In this document: piece after piece, positions 39,801 to 54,800 of the stretch
Numbering within the stretch: the first letter of the stretch is position 1
Layout: each line of letters begins with the position of its first letter
Origin: Ascidiella aspersa
Lineage: Eukaryota
Assembly (NCBI GenBank): GCA_963924565.1
Contig: OZ004612.1
Coordinates: 12,400,001 to 12,464,000 of the forward strand
Direction: 5' to 3'
Length of the DNA stretch: 64,000 nt
Translations under genes and position numbers: made by a program
Notes under the pieces: generated by a model
Databases searched by the model: none
What the model was told of the DNA's origin: nothing
Seen by the model: the letters and a program-made list of their open reading frames with translations, nothing else

Positions 39801-42800
39801 TACACAAAACAAAACTATATCTAATTGAGCGTATAGATGAAACTATATCTGAGTGAGCGCATCTAGATGAAAGAAAGGCCACCTTTAAGAATAAATATTT
39901 GTCAAAAAGGATATTCCCCAATTTAAAATAAAGGATATTCCCCGTTTTAAAGTGTTCAGCTCATACATGGGGAAGAAATGTGTTAAAAATATGCTAAACC
40001 GGTTGTATTTATAACGCCCAGCTTCCATTAACAAATTGTAAGATTAAAAAAACGCAATTTTCGGGAAGTAACAACATAAAAAACAGGTGGTTGGTACAAC
40101 CTAACCACGTTTTCTGCCACAGCAGAAAGTTTGAAAAGCTGTGTAATCTCTCGTCGTATATATATAAATAAAGCAGCATTACTTACACATGTAGAAAAAA
40201 GTACGGTTTATTTCTGAGCAACGCACGTAATATATTATTTAGACGGGCAAAACTTACTAATGGCCTCCTCGAACTCGTCGTGCAGAGGGTAGGGGATCAA
40301 CGGATCGGGCAGGTTCTTGTGACTGAAGAACCACGTCACGCATCCGGCCACCGTTGGAACCGACACCTCGGTCGCTACAAACTCGTACGAGTTGTCTGAA
40401 AGGGAAAGAAACTTGTTACCCTTGGCTCGAGATATCAATGCCGACGAACAGAGTTGTGTAGGCACGTTACGGATAAGGTCTGTTTAAGCTGCAACAAATA
40501 TTCAACACAAAATATAAAAAAACAAAAAATAATGTATTTTATTCATATCGACAAAGATACTTTTTGCTGAAATCCAGTGCGGCTTTGTTTTATACGTAAT
40601 AAGTAGTTTTTTTCAATTATAGATCAAACAAAAATGGAAGGTAATTATGAAAACGTGTAAGAGTGGTACCAGACAAAAAGGTATTTTGGCACTTTAATGT
40701 GAAATTCAAAATACAGCCTAGATGTGGAATACTAAGTTGTATTAGGTAGAAATGAGGGCGAAGTGCGTGCAGAATGCCAGTATTTCGTGGATTAAAAAAA
40801 ATGATTGTTAAATTAGGTTTACAGGCGCATATGGCGGTCGGTCTGTGGGACTGTCGCTTTATATAACCCTGGCGGTGACAGCAAATCGATGAAACGCTGA
40901 AGGTGGTCGTCAAATGGCGCACAGACCAACGACAATCTTGAGTCTCAAACAACAACGTTAAACACACGCGTTGTTGCAATTTTGCCTGAAGATCTGACGA
41001 ATATTACTGGCGTAATATGGTGAGAGTCACACCAGGAACTTTGTGTTACGCATTCACAAAGATCATCAACGTGACGTCATATCAAAAAGATGACAATGTT
41101 CATTGGTCAAAGGCGGAAAATTAGCATATGAACCAAATAAGGCGACTGATTGCCATTTGAAGTGGCCAATGTTAAGTTGCTTTGGACATTTTTAGTGCTT
41201 ATTTGTCGACCGACTGTTTAAATTAAATTGCACGATAAAAATTTATCCTATTTGCAAAACAAAAGCAAGTATTTTTTTATCAAATTTTGAAAATGGTCAG
41301 CAGACAACAATTTTATTAGTACTTTCTGGTAGTCTATGACTATTAGCATTTTCTACCCATTGTTTTTATTTGTAAAATAGTCTTTTAATTAAGTGGTAAC
41401 AATAATGAATGTATAGCGATTCGTTTTATTTACTTGTATTTAATCAACTAATTGCGCGTGATTCTGACAAGGCGTTGACATTATTTGGTATTTTGTCAGG
41501 TCGCCAACACACAAATATACACATACAGGTCGATATAAGATTCAACAAATAAAAACAAAATACAGAAATAGGCAGGAGTGACATATAAGACCAGCCAGAT
41601 GTGCCAACGATTTGCGCACAAACACATGCACAAACACAGCCACGCGTGTGGCGTGTCCACACACAGTCATACACGCAAACAGAAAGCAACGGGATTTCCT
41701 CACGAAAAATCGCCAAGCGATCGACTTTTTCCAAGTAGGGCGCCCGAAATAGCGGAGGCGCGCGGAAGGCCAACAGAGGCGATTGTTGTAAGCGCGCGAA
41801 AAGATAGGCCACTGACTGATTGTCACAGAAACGTAGGGCGCAATATGACGATGGCGTGTTGACCGACGGTAACCTTTAGCGTCGAAACCGCGCGACTGCT
41901 TGAGACAATGAGCGAGAGGCCAACGGTAGTTAATTACCTTTTTATGACGAGAAGGCGACCGCGATTTAATCTCAGTTTTACGCGCGATCGTCAACACGTC
42001 GTCTAGTTATTTCGGCATGCTGCCTTTGCTTCGTTATATTTTTTTAACACGCGCAAATTGTTTTCCTTTCATTTTAGTAGGGAAAAGGCGGGGAAAATAT
42101 TTTCTAGCTTCGAAAACAGAGGTTGCACCTGTTCTTTAAACCACAGAAAATAGTGTGGCGAATCGCAATCTTTAAACGACCCTAGGGGTAACCATTGGAA
42201 AATATCAAAAAAATTGTAAAATATTTTTCCACCTCCGCCAATACCCGCAATTAACTTGGAAGGTTTCGAAAACAAGCGATGTGTCGGCGAAATGATTTTA
42301 TGTCTATGTTTTATCAGCAAGTTACACTAAACACTGGTTAATTCACCATCCAGTTACTCCAGTATTTAGGTGTCGAACTTTTTTCAAAATTTTCTTCACC
42401 CAAATACAGCTGCACCAGCCGATGTTCGGCGGGCAATCAGTTTAACGGGCTAAACGTTGACGAATTGTCGTTTCGAAGAAATCCTGTTTGTGCGACTGGC
42501 AACTAGACCAGTTCCATCCGATTACTGATAACTGTGCAAGTATTGGCCAAGCGTTATTTTTACATGACACTTGTTTAGTGCTTTCTCTTAGCGGTACAAC
42601 CACAGTATGACGGTATCGCTAATAATTCACTAAAACATATCGCCGGTGAGCGCTCATGCAAGTTGAAATATTAAATGTTACTTTAATAAGTCGATAAAAT
42701 AATAAGATTATTATTTTCGTTGTTTATAGTAGGATCTATGCCGGGTTGATATTTTAACGTTATCGTAAGAACCAAAAAAAACAACAAAGTATAAAATATA

Positions 42801-45800
42801 TCTAAAACAAATTTATTTTAAAATAACACAGCATTTGCTCTAAAACAACATCACCAGTCTGCTTAAAAATACTTAAAAAAAACGGTAAGCGAAATGCAAA
42901 CATAGCTAGTTAGATAAAATACCATTTTGTAAATTACTTTCGAATCCTTAAAAAAACAATGGCATAAAATGGGGCCAAACGGTGTAAAATAAAGTGTCTA
43001 GAAAAAATTTTGCCCATATTTTTATTTTAAAGTAAACAAACAATTCAACTGGTAACTTTAAAATGATGTATTAAGGATGGCTTAATATGTTATGGGCGAC
43101 TATTATTTCTACTAAAACTAACTATTTTCTTTAGATTTGCCAGCCGCTGAAAAATATGTCTTTACGTTTATAATAAAAAAGTATTTTTTAGTAAAAAATG
43201 TAGTAAAATAAATTAAGGGTTGTTTGTGGCATTATAAAGCAGTGAAAGTTTTTCAAATTCGCTAAACGGTTGTTGCTAATTAATAAGTCCAACTACAAAA
43301 AACAATTGTACAACTTAAGAAGGTACTTTTTACAAGGCTATTAGCTATATTTGATCATAAATAAAACAGTAATATTGTATGGTCGGAAAACAATAAAAGT
43401 ACTGTACACCAGTCATTCCGTTTGAGCGTTTTGTCTATTACTATTGTCTATAGATTTGCCAGCCGCTGAAAAATATATCTTTACGTTCATAAGAATTTTT
43501 TTTATTGGTGATAAATGTAGTAAAACAAATGAAGGGTTGTTTGCGGTATTATAAAGCAGTGAGAGTTTTTAAATTCGCTTTAAGTCTGTTGCTAAATCAA
43601 CAATTCTGAATAGTCCAATTAAAAAAACAATTGTGCAACTTATAAAGGGGAACTTTTTAAATGCCTATTGTATTTGGGCAGAACAATAATGTTGTAATGT
43701 CGGAGAACAATCTATGTACGCAAGTGATTCAGTTTGGGCGTTTTGTGAGGGACGTTTCATAGAATGGTATATTTTTGCGTTTAGTCGAGCCCTGATTGCA
43801 TTTGACGTACGCCGAAACTGTTCTGATGACGTATTTGTCTGGGCTAAAAAAGCCGCAGAGACAATAAACCTACCGCGGCCAACGCCGAAAATAACCAACA
43901 CAAGCACAATAGTGAACCATTTTCGGCCCGCCTGTTTCAAACGGAACAAAGACAGCGCTACGCAAAACGATTGGCCTTTATTGAAGCAACACCAATTATG
44001 GATGAGACATGATCCGACAAACAGGGCCAAATGTGAGTGTTAATGCTTTCACTGGGAGATGTTTCAGTAGCCAAAGTGGTAAATGTAAACGTCAATAAAC
44101 AAGATACTTCAATTACATACAGTGCTTACGAGTTGTTTAGTGGGGGCAACATGTAAAATGGATACAAAAATATTCGAACGAAAACGTATGTTTGCCTAAA
44201 ATACTTCAATCAGTATGACGAAAACCTCCTGGTGCTTTGTTTAAGGTCAAAGAAACAAAGATTTTGAAAAAAATTCCCCTTAAACAAACTTGTAACTCAC
44301 CTTCGTCGAATTTCCTGATGAGCATTTCTCTCTCCTTGGAGTTGGCTGGGATTCGGTAGAGGCCCTCCGTTGTGAGACCTAAAAAAAGCGTTATTTTAAT
44401 GATATGCGTGGGCGATTAAGGATGGTTACAAATGTTTACTAAATCCCTAATTTGTTATTTCCAAACAGCGGTATTGTGCATGTCAGTGCTCCGCAACCTG
44501 CGTGCCGCGAGACCATGCCGTGTGGGCCGCGATGTTCCCGATGTAGATTTACTTGCTTTTCTTACAAGGGTACATTTGTCATATCATGTAGAATGAACAC
44601 AAAAATTGCACTTCAAGTCCAGCATTTGGACTGCATGCATTAATCCAGATGTAACTTTAGGAACTTTTCCGTAGTTTTAAAGCCGAAGTTACGTTCGACC
44701 ACTGGAAGTTAAATTTAAAAGTGTTATAACAAACAAATGCCTGATAATGGCGTGTATAAGCTATAACCAACAATGGTGTTCAAACTATTTACCAAAGAGC
44801 AAACGTAGATACCCATTCCTTAAAACCCATGAAATAGCATGGTAAATTATATTAGCAGTTTTGTCCGTTTTACGTCTAATTTTTAGCGTCTTTGGCGCGT
44901 TTATCAATGAAAAGGTCATTTTGCTCTTAATTGCTTAGAATATTTGCTTAGAATATTTTCTTATGCGGTCTTATATCGCTTGACATATAGTTTGTAGGTT
45001 TGCCGCCGAATTATTTCATCTATGTTAGTGTGCCTTAACGTGAAACAAATTTGAGGACCGCTGCTACAGGTAAAACGTGGAACATTGAGTTCCTTTTTTG
45101 TAGACCCATATTAAGGCCAAATAGCATCAAAAATCGTTCTTTTTATGCATCTTTTTGTAAACAATATCGGGGTTATCACTTATGCTTATTTTAGAAACTG
45201 GCATCTTTGTTTATATATTATAGAGAAAAATACGGATTTAGGCGAACAGAAAAAGCCGATGAGCATTGCATATCTCACGCGATCTATTTTATAGTTTTAT
45301 TTTTTTAAATGTTCGTTTTTACTCGCGACTCGCAAATTGGTCAGGCATGGATCTGATGAATGTAATATAAAACAACCTAATCAGCCACATACGTCAACAA
45401 CACACGACGCGCCTAATCAGCGATGGTAATTCCAACTTAATGGCCGGCATTGCGTATTTGACGCAAACACACATGCAAAGACGGCTCATATATAGCAATA
45501 GTTGATTCACGCGTCACAAATGGCGTTTGCTTGGCGTTTGTGACGTAACAACAAGTTTTGTCGGCTCCTGTCAACATTGAATATGTACATTTCTCAGTGG
45601 CAGCAAAAAACGTGCCGACTCATGCGTAACCGCAAAGTGAAAACGTCATAACCGGAAGCGATGACGCTGCCCTCCCCCAGGGCCCGTCAATCAATCATCA
45701 GGGCGAGAATCGGTTAGGCTGCACTGTTCATCTGTTATTCGCCCTCGATGTTGGTTATTTCAAGGTGGTTCGTACAAAGTCGATTCCGCGATAAAACAGT

Positions 45801-48800
45801 TCACCGGACTCCGGCTAATTTTAGTCTCGAAATAATACACCTTTTATTTACGGCCAATACAGTTTCTTGGCTTTGCATTATAGTTTCTGTTTGCCCAACT
45901 GAAATTGTAAATCCGCACCATTTTTTCCATGTTTAATTTTGAGGTTGTTAAAAAGGATTGGGGTTATTAAAAAGTTCTATTGCTTTATAGCAGGGCGACT
46001 TAACTAGTTTTATTAAATGTCCGAAAGCAAACGCTTTTTCAGGCCAGGGCAATTCGGTAAAATACAACTGACTCTAAAGCACAAGGCGATTTAAAGTTTC
46101 TGTCACCCAGTGGAATATTCTGTTCCTTTTTCAGTTCTTTGAAAAAATCACATAGTCGTAGCGCAAAGTAGTTTTTATATATTTAAAAAAAAACTGGAAT
46201 TTGTTATTCTGGCCCACACTTGACACTTCAAAGGTGGAGTAAGCCCTGCTTTATGGTATGACAATTTTTGCATCTTGCTTCTTCAACAATAATACTGCAA
46301 GTACAGCTTGAACAATCCAATAGCCACTCACCGTTATTTTCAATAAACTTGATGCACTTTTCGACAAACAGAGGCACCATGTGGTTGAGTCCCTGGATGG
46401 TGTCGTCCAGCCGTTTGCTAAAGTAATCCGAGATCGTGTGCTTTTTGTCGATAGCAAGCGCCGGAAGAGGCCTCGCATTTTTGTTCTTGCCCTTCAAACG
46501 GATCCTCTGTTCTTTTTCCTGTAGAGTAAAAATAAAATTATTTTTAAGGTAATTATTATAAGGTTAATAAGCCTTCATCTTGCAGGAGCCTTTACACGTT
46601 ATAATCAAAAGTTTAAACCCTTATTTACATTGTCATGATTTGGCGTCTAGTTTTAGTAAAGAGTTTAGTGCTCTGTGTAACAAATAAAATTATACATAAC
46701 TAAATTTAAATAATTTTAACAGAATACTAGCTTGACTTTAAGTATTATCTTACATTTTAACAGCTGTGCAATAAATAATCCTGTATAATACAAATGTTTG
46801 CAGACCAAATTTATACTAAAATGATGATAAAATTTAAAGAAGTAGAACAAAATACCTAACAATATTGTTAAAAATTATTTGTCATAACAGTTTTTTTTTC
46901 ATAACATGTTTCGTTTACTTTGAATATTTGCAAGGCTAAACATTTGTGTTTTGTTTGTGTATGACTGAATGCTAAGGTGTTGGTATCCTCAATGAGCTGT
47001 TTTAGATATGTCAAATTGTCTAACTTATGACCCACTTTCCTGTTGAGTGTTCAGTCTTACAAACTGCCTTCTTAATTTTTAGTATTTTTTAATCAAAAAT
47101 TTTCAGGCATATTTTAGCCAGTAATTCGGTGGCACGCAACATTTACTATATGTACAACTAGTAGAAAACAAAGGATTTCCAGGTGGCATGGAGTAGCTCT
47201 CAACAAACAATGCTTAAGTTAAAAATAAAAAATAGCAGGGATTATTCAAGCTTAAATTAAGGAACAAAACAGTAAGGTTTTAATGATTGCCTTAGGGTGA
47301 CATTTTAATAGATCAAACTAATAGTAGTTGAATGCCAATAAACTGCAAAAATAAATTAGAGCTAAAACAACCTGCAAATTTACATTTTTATGTCAATGGT
47401 CATGGTTATCAAAAAATGGATGTTTTTTTTTACTTTACCTGTAGGTACACATAGTTGACTAGCATTTGCATTTTCATTTCACTTGTGTCCAACATGACCG
47501 AATGTGGTGGCATTTAAGCAAGCAAGGTATTAAGCCAATCGTAAATTTTGTCGTATACACAGGCTAAGATTTAATTTAAAAACTGCAATGAAATTAATTT
47601 TGTTTTCAAATCCTATTTATTACTATTTTGCCTCATAATATAGCAAACAAATAAGACCTCTGCTCTTAAATTGAAAGTAAGCAATATTGTAAAACTAACG
47701 AATCAAATGTTGATAAGACCACACAAAACATTCATGCCTAAACTAGCTGATATAACTCTGCCTGGACTATTAATTTGCCTGCACCAATGCAGTAAACCCA
47801 AAGGCCAGTGTGCCTTGTTCATGTGGGCTGTAAACCTTTCTCACCCAGAGCTATAAATGTCACAAGAACACAGGTACCTCCTTGCGACAAAGCCAGTTAT
47901 TACATTTCTATAGATTGCAACACTGTCCAGATGCCGTTGTATTGCAACTGGGTGTAGGCTCTTCGGTGATGTCACAGAAGAAAGCTGCCTTTGGTTAAGT
48001 GAAATGCATTCTTGCTGTTGGAGCTGACAGCCACAAACTGTCAGCCCATGCAGGATGTGGGTGCTTAAAAGTCACCTACACACAGTAACTGCCCACATTA
48101 AATCAGGTGCATAGCCAGACAGCTTGCACTGTTGTTGTTATGTCAGAGAATTGTGGGAATAAAGTATTATGTCAGAGGTAGTTTGAAAGACGCAAATTCG
48201 TTTTGTTTTTTCACCTGCGAAAAAACAGTTGCTAATTTGATAAGGCTCAGGACCTGGCTGTAACATAATCACTTCCTGATTTGAAACAAGCATATTATAT
48301 TTCTACACTTGTTACTGACAGCTCATTGGAATCACTCCATAAATATAAGTATCTCCAAGATTGGACTGCTTCAAGCTTTAAATAACAATTAGCTAACAAC
48401 TTAAATCTGAACTAAACTTGAAAAAATAATCGGAGTTAAACTTTACCATAAATCTTAATTAAATTGCAAAAAAGAAAATGAAAACAATACAGTTACCATT
48501 TTCTTTGTGTGAAGTACATTACAAGAAAACATCACTTCTAAGCAACCCTAAGAATCAAGGCAAACAAACAGAGTGTTGCTGTAATATCTGCTTAACAACC
48601 TGTCAAAAAGCACACACAACAACTTAACGCCTACTCCTTGGCAAAGCTGACAATCCTGACCTGGCCAACAACAATCCACAATGCCAGTACTGCCAGTATT
48701 TGGATACCATGGTGCTTGGATAGGAAGCAATATGTACCGACTACTTCCCAGCTAGGGTAAGCTTTGTCAAGACAGTTAATACTAGTCTGCTTTTCGAATT

Positions 48801-51800
48801 GGCACTGACTGGCTCTACAGCGCTCGAATCAGAGCTGCTGGCTTGATGGCGATGATGATGTCATTTTTTTAAACTGAGTCACTGACAGAACTATTGTTTG
48901 TGTTTGGGTGTTGGATGTAAACTGCGCATAACAGAATAGTGCATTTGTTGGGGTTTAAAATAACAGAAATGCAAAAATGAAGCTTATAAATAATTTAGGC
49001 TTAGAACATTGAAATACGGTTTAGGCGAAAAAGGAACAACAATGACTTTTGAATTGATTCAAAAAGACCTAGTTGATGTTTCCATGTATAATCTACATAT
49101 CTTTATATATTGTAAATTACCAGCAGAAATATAATCAAACAAATTGCTGATAGTTAAAACTTACAGAACTAACAAAATCTAAACAACATCCACTTTAAAG
49201 CAACTACTTGTATTACGTTGATGTCTGTAAAACTCCAGAGCAACACTAGCGGTACATTCACCACAGACTGAAAAACACTGCAGCAATTTACATTTGGGTA
49301 AAATCAGATGACTTGTCAAATGCTACATAAGTAACCTAATGCTACACCTAATTAAACCTAAAACTATATAGTAATTAGCAGCCATCCTGAATACACCTGC
49401 TAAAAATGTGAAATGTGATTGTGACAAAGTTTGTTAATTTAACGATGAGTGTTTTATTTTAGCTGAGCAATCCGGAAAAATGATGAATTCCGATTTTTGT
49501 TAAAAAACTTGAAAAAACAAATTCGATTTAGTTTGCATATTTGTAACATACCTTGCGTTTTTCTTCCTCCTTTTGCCTTTGCTTCAAGAGCTTTTCTTCC
49601 TTGGGGGTTCGAGCACCTGCCATAACATTCATGTTTGGTGCTGAAGGACTCAAGTGAAAAAGGTCCTCGTGACTCGCTGCGTGATCTCTCTTGAAGAAGC
49701 TCTACATTCAGAAAGAATTGTATTTTTTCTAAAATAGCAACACTTAATTGCGAAGCAATTGCTATAATACAGTAAAAAAACGTTGCTAAGCAGTCAACCA
49801 AGCATGCAACTAGTTTCTAGAAAGCATACTATATCATGTCATACTATTTGCACACACATGGAAATATAAGTTGTTTGGCAAAAGACAAAACTGAAAATGT
49901 GTGTAAAATTTAAATTTCTTTTTTACCCCTCAGGCAGTAAACAGTACTGAGTTTATATGTTATGCATTTTAAATACATGTAACAATTATAAAAATGACAA
50001 GCTCAAAAACAATTTTTAAAAATAAAAGACAAACATACAGTTGCAGCCCCATCTTCAACGACTTGTTTGCCGCCCAAGCTTGAAAGTAGGTCAGCAGTTG
50101 AGTGACGGGCAGGTCGGAGCGACTGACCGGTTTGCAGATTGGTTGGGGTGGAATCGATGTCGGAGCTCTTTAGCGCCTGGCGCTTTCCATTCTTGTGGGT
50201 GCCACGGCGTGTGGAAGTAAGTCCGGAAGACCGAGGCAAAGGTGACTGTTTACCTGATCTACACAAAACATTAAACAAACGCCATCAGCTTGAAAGTTAA
50301 ACCAGCATAAAGAGTAAAAAATTAGTACGAATTTTAAACACAAAAATAATGCGAAAAGTTCTATAACCGCCTAATTGTGTAAGGCAGTGGTTTTTCTAAC
50401 TTTTGGAAAAAAGACATCTTTTAAAAAAACATTTTTATGGCATTTTTTTAACCATTGGAAAGTCTGTTAAACTTACGATGGCACCAAGTGATGAATAGTT
50501 CACATAAATCCTCAAATTTTTTACTCCAAAACAATTAGTATATGTGTTGTTTCTGAAAATCCTAATTAAAAGCTGAAGCTTTCACATAAAATAGGTTAGA
50601 ATGCACATGTCAGGGGATAGTTAAATCTATAAACATTGATGCGCAAAATAAGTTAAAAATTTAAATCTAGAATACCCAGGAAGTGAAATCTTGACGCCAT
50701 TTGTTGTTGGAGTGGTGATTGGTTTCTGTGGCGCATCAGCTGGCACGGGAAGAACCTTCTGGCCAAATCGTGTCGGGTCCAAGTGCATGCTAAGGTATTC
50801 CGTATTCACAGGTGACTTGTCGTACGCAGCTGCAGTCGGCGTCAGATCCTGCAAGCTTTCCTGGTGCATCATTTTGGCATGGCGGATCTAAGTAAGCGGG
50901 GCGTGGTGTCGGCAAGTGTGTCGGGGTGTTTTTATGTGTGTGTTTATGTTTAGTTGGCAATTACCAGCTGTGAATTTTTTGTCGTGCTGTGATTTACAGT
51001 GGATTTTTTTGAGTGATTGAAATTTTAGTTTTTGATTTTGATTTGAATCGTTGAACACATGCAGTGCTACACCAACAGCCCATTATAAATCAATCTGGCT
51101 TTGATTTTAAGAATAAACAGGATTGATATAGTTTTGACTTTTCACAAACAACACAAATGAGATGTAACATTTTAAAATGTATATCATGCAAATTATAAAA
51201 AACGATTTCTTAAAAAAACTTTTTGAAATTGAACATTTAGGTATCAAATCCCAAAAGTTGTTTTATTTGAAAGCTTACATTATTTAAATTTGCTTTACAC
51301 GCAATAACATGTATGAAAGCCCAAAACCCAACTGAAAAAAGAACAAGGGTGATCAAACTATTATGCAGTTTAAAGTTTAACGGCTTTGATTTTACATACA
51401 CCTGATATGCATAATTTGAAATCAAAATTTTGGTGATATTGATTCACATAAATCACACCAAATCGAAATGCAAACTAACAAGACATATTTTTACAAGGAA
51501 TCACGCTTTGCAACATGCTAATCACTTACCGACTTCTTGCGAATGCCTGCTTGAACCACATTTATAAGTTCTGGATTGAGCCGTCCCACCGTCTTAGTTG
51601 GCAAGGCAGAGTTATTGACTGGGGGAGGTGTACGAGACGTTGAATCAAATGAAGTGTCAGTGTTGTAGTCTGGCATAACCTGAAACATCAAAAATAGTTT
51701 ATATACTGTATAAAGCATTTCAAATCTTGATCAAAAGCAAATCATGAAATGGCCTAACAAAATAATAAATAAAGCTATGAAGAACCTGACTTAGGAATCT

Positions 51801-54800
51801 ATATGTTGTATTTAAAAAAAAAAATAGTATATATAACATAATAAGTAAATATTTTTGCAAGCATTTACTGTTTTACCATAAACAAAAAAAGCCTCCTATA
51901 GTTATTAAATATGCAATAATTAAACACATTCTTTAAACAAAGGCTAGTCAAAACATTTCATTAGTAGGGTTTAATTATTCTGCAAAGAGATAAAGGTATA
52001 AAAAATTAAAAAGTTCTTAAACAGTAGCTTCTTGACATGCATGTCTATAAATTCTTACATAGCAAAAAATGTTTATCATTTGATCTCCAAAGTCTATCCT
52101 AAAAATGAAACTCACCTCATTGTCGAGAAGACCTGCAGTTGGACTTGTCCTGGGGGTTTCAGGCCTGTATTCATCGCTGCCAGCTGGAATCGAATACATC
52201 ATCATTACATCACTAGCCTTCATACTAAAGCCCTTTAGGTTTCAACCATAACAGGGATAGACAGAAGGCAATATTTAAATTGCGTTGCCATTTGGACCTT
52301 TATCAACTATGCCTATGAATAATTAGATATAGGCAAAGTTCAACAGTTAACAGTCTAATAAATAGGTGTTTTTAGTTCTAGTTTCAGGAAGTACAGCTTC
52401 AACTGTACTTCGCTCTTACAATTAAGTTAAAAAATATGATTATTGAATAACACTAGATAGTATCTTTGAAGATGGTCAAACTCAATATTGAAAAGGTCAG
52501 GCCATTGAGAATTTAACATAGATTGTACATAGATAGTAAACATGTTTCACTGCATTTTCTATATTTCAGCTCACTTTAAAAAAACTTTAAACATGGTTGT
52601 TTCAGAGCACTAGATAAACAATAAATAGTATCGTTGAAGATGGTCAAACTCAATATAAAAAAGGTCAGTCCATTGAAAATTTAACATAGATTGTACATAG
52701 ATAGTAAACATGTTTCACTGCATTTTCTATACTTCACCTCACTTAAAAGAACTTTCAACATATTTGTTTCAGAGCACTAGCTATCTACTCCTGCTTGAAA
52801 AATAAATGGGTGCTTCTGTCCCAGACTTTAGTCTTTAAAGAAAACTAGACACTTGAAAATGTAGGAGAGAACAGGGCACTTTTCAGCCGATTTGTTTAAG
52901 CTATTCTTGATGACTCAGTTCAGGAGAAGATAGCTAAACACTGCTGCCCAAACGTTGGCAGACTATTTCAGTACTCACAGCTATGGAATTCAGAAGATCC
53001 ACACACATTAATATGACATGTGAAGCAACACTTCCATTAAAAAAAGTTACAAATGTCCTAATTTGTGTCCTAACACAAATCAAGCAGTAACTTTCGATAA
53101 CAGTATTTTACCATTAGACAAACAACTAAACGAAACTAATTGCAAAAAGGAAAATGTCTGGCTGAGAATATCAACATAAAGGTAGGACTGTAAGTTACAG
53201 CCAGATTCAATATTGTCACACACAAGAATACACAATGGAAAACAAGTTTCACAATTCTCTAATACGGGATTTGTATGAAGGTATTTCACTGCTTAGTTTA
53301 ATTGATGTTTCGAAATATTATTTTTAAATCCAGTGAGAAAACGATTTGGGGTCTATTCAAAATTAAAAAAAAATATTAAAGAAATAATTGTATGTTCAGA
53401 AATCATGCGATGAGCAAAGAAATTTTTTTATCTTACATGAACAAGTGAAGTACATTACCTTCTTACATCTATAGTGTATAATCAATAATCATAGTAAAAT
53501 ACATAGCTAAGTTTCACTTTTCAACAGCTCAAAAAGCATCAGAATGAACGACAACTTAATAACTGTCTCCCTCTAACATATAAGTCCTAAGCAATAGGCA
53601 TAACTTAGACAAATTTTAGAAATTATAAAGATCAAGCAGTGGCTGTCCAGGTTTTTAATGCTAGGTACAAAAAAAATATTAAACATACAATCCCATTTCA
53701 GAAACAATACTAACTAAATTTGCATCTTTAATACTTACTTGACCATGTTGAGGCTGGTGTGGCGTGCCCAGTTTCTGACTGGCTCTCAACGTAACTGCTC
53801 TGCGAAGATACATTAAACCTGAGCGTGCTTGGTGGCGTTACAATGACACTGTTGTTGTTGTCCGGCCGCGGAACCTCGTACATGGCCTTGGCCGGCAGGT
53901 TCTCTGCGCTTCCCGTCTGTGCAAATAAAAGCCAGGGTTTTCCAATGTATGTGACATGGTTTCATCTGACTTTCCGGTTAATTATTAGCATGTGAGGTAA
54001 TACTGAAACACCATGCTTATGATCTTCCAGTTTGAAGTGTTTGCTTTTCATGTGATGTATGTTGACTTGGAAAGCCCACAGAAATTTGTCGGTGGTATAT
54101 ATGGTAACTTATGTAACTTTATATCATTCCATTCGAATAAATAAAGACTAAACAATAAATAGCTTTTATTACAACATTCCTTGGAGATATTTGGTTTGTA
54201 CTATTATGCTACCTAATTTGTCTTTATTACAGCATTTGTTTCCACAGTGAATTGAAACTCATAAAAAGAAAAAAATTGTTAGCAAAACATTAACAACATG
54301 TTCTACATGTTAATAAATTGTACTGGTGTCACTCCAGTTATTATATTTCAGTAAACTTTCATTGTTCGTCAATTTCAAAATACTAACACTAAAACATTTC
54401 AGTAGCTACAGTCTACATTTAAGATCTCAAAATGGAATAGATATTGTAGTCTTACCTTTGCCTCACTTGCTCTTGATAAGGCAGAAGTCCTGGGAGCAGG
54501 AACTGGGGGAACTGCTTCATCTATTCCATCTGTTTCAGGTTCCTCTTCTAATATGATTTGGCTGAATCTAGCAGAAATAAATATTAGACCAGAGTCAGAG
54601 TCATTATTAGAGCAGGGTTTTAAGGTAAGTGTTCAATAGTAATTTATAGAGTTTCATAATTTATATATTAAAACCAAGGCCAAAGCATGCATGTAAATGT
54701 TACATTGGGATTATACATACATGAACATCAGTTTTAAAATTAATATAATGGATAACAAATTCACTTTGTAGGCTTGAATATAAACGTAACTTTACTGACA

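Noticed and set aside
43810-43835. GAAAC..CTGATGA resembling a third hammerhead
   Set aside because: No room for helix I or III between the motifs, no convincing helix II, and no TSD or inverted arms.
37621-44043. 100-150 aa ORFs inside large p190 introns
   Set aside because: No recognisable domains or codon bias; expected by chance in CpG-rich non-coding patches.
52972-52990. Apparent 2-nt microexon (ag|CT|gtgagt on minus) that could fix the p190 reading frame
   Set aside because: A conventional phase-1 acceptor at 52183 (attccag|CTGGC) already joins the flanking exons in frame, so no microexon is needed.
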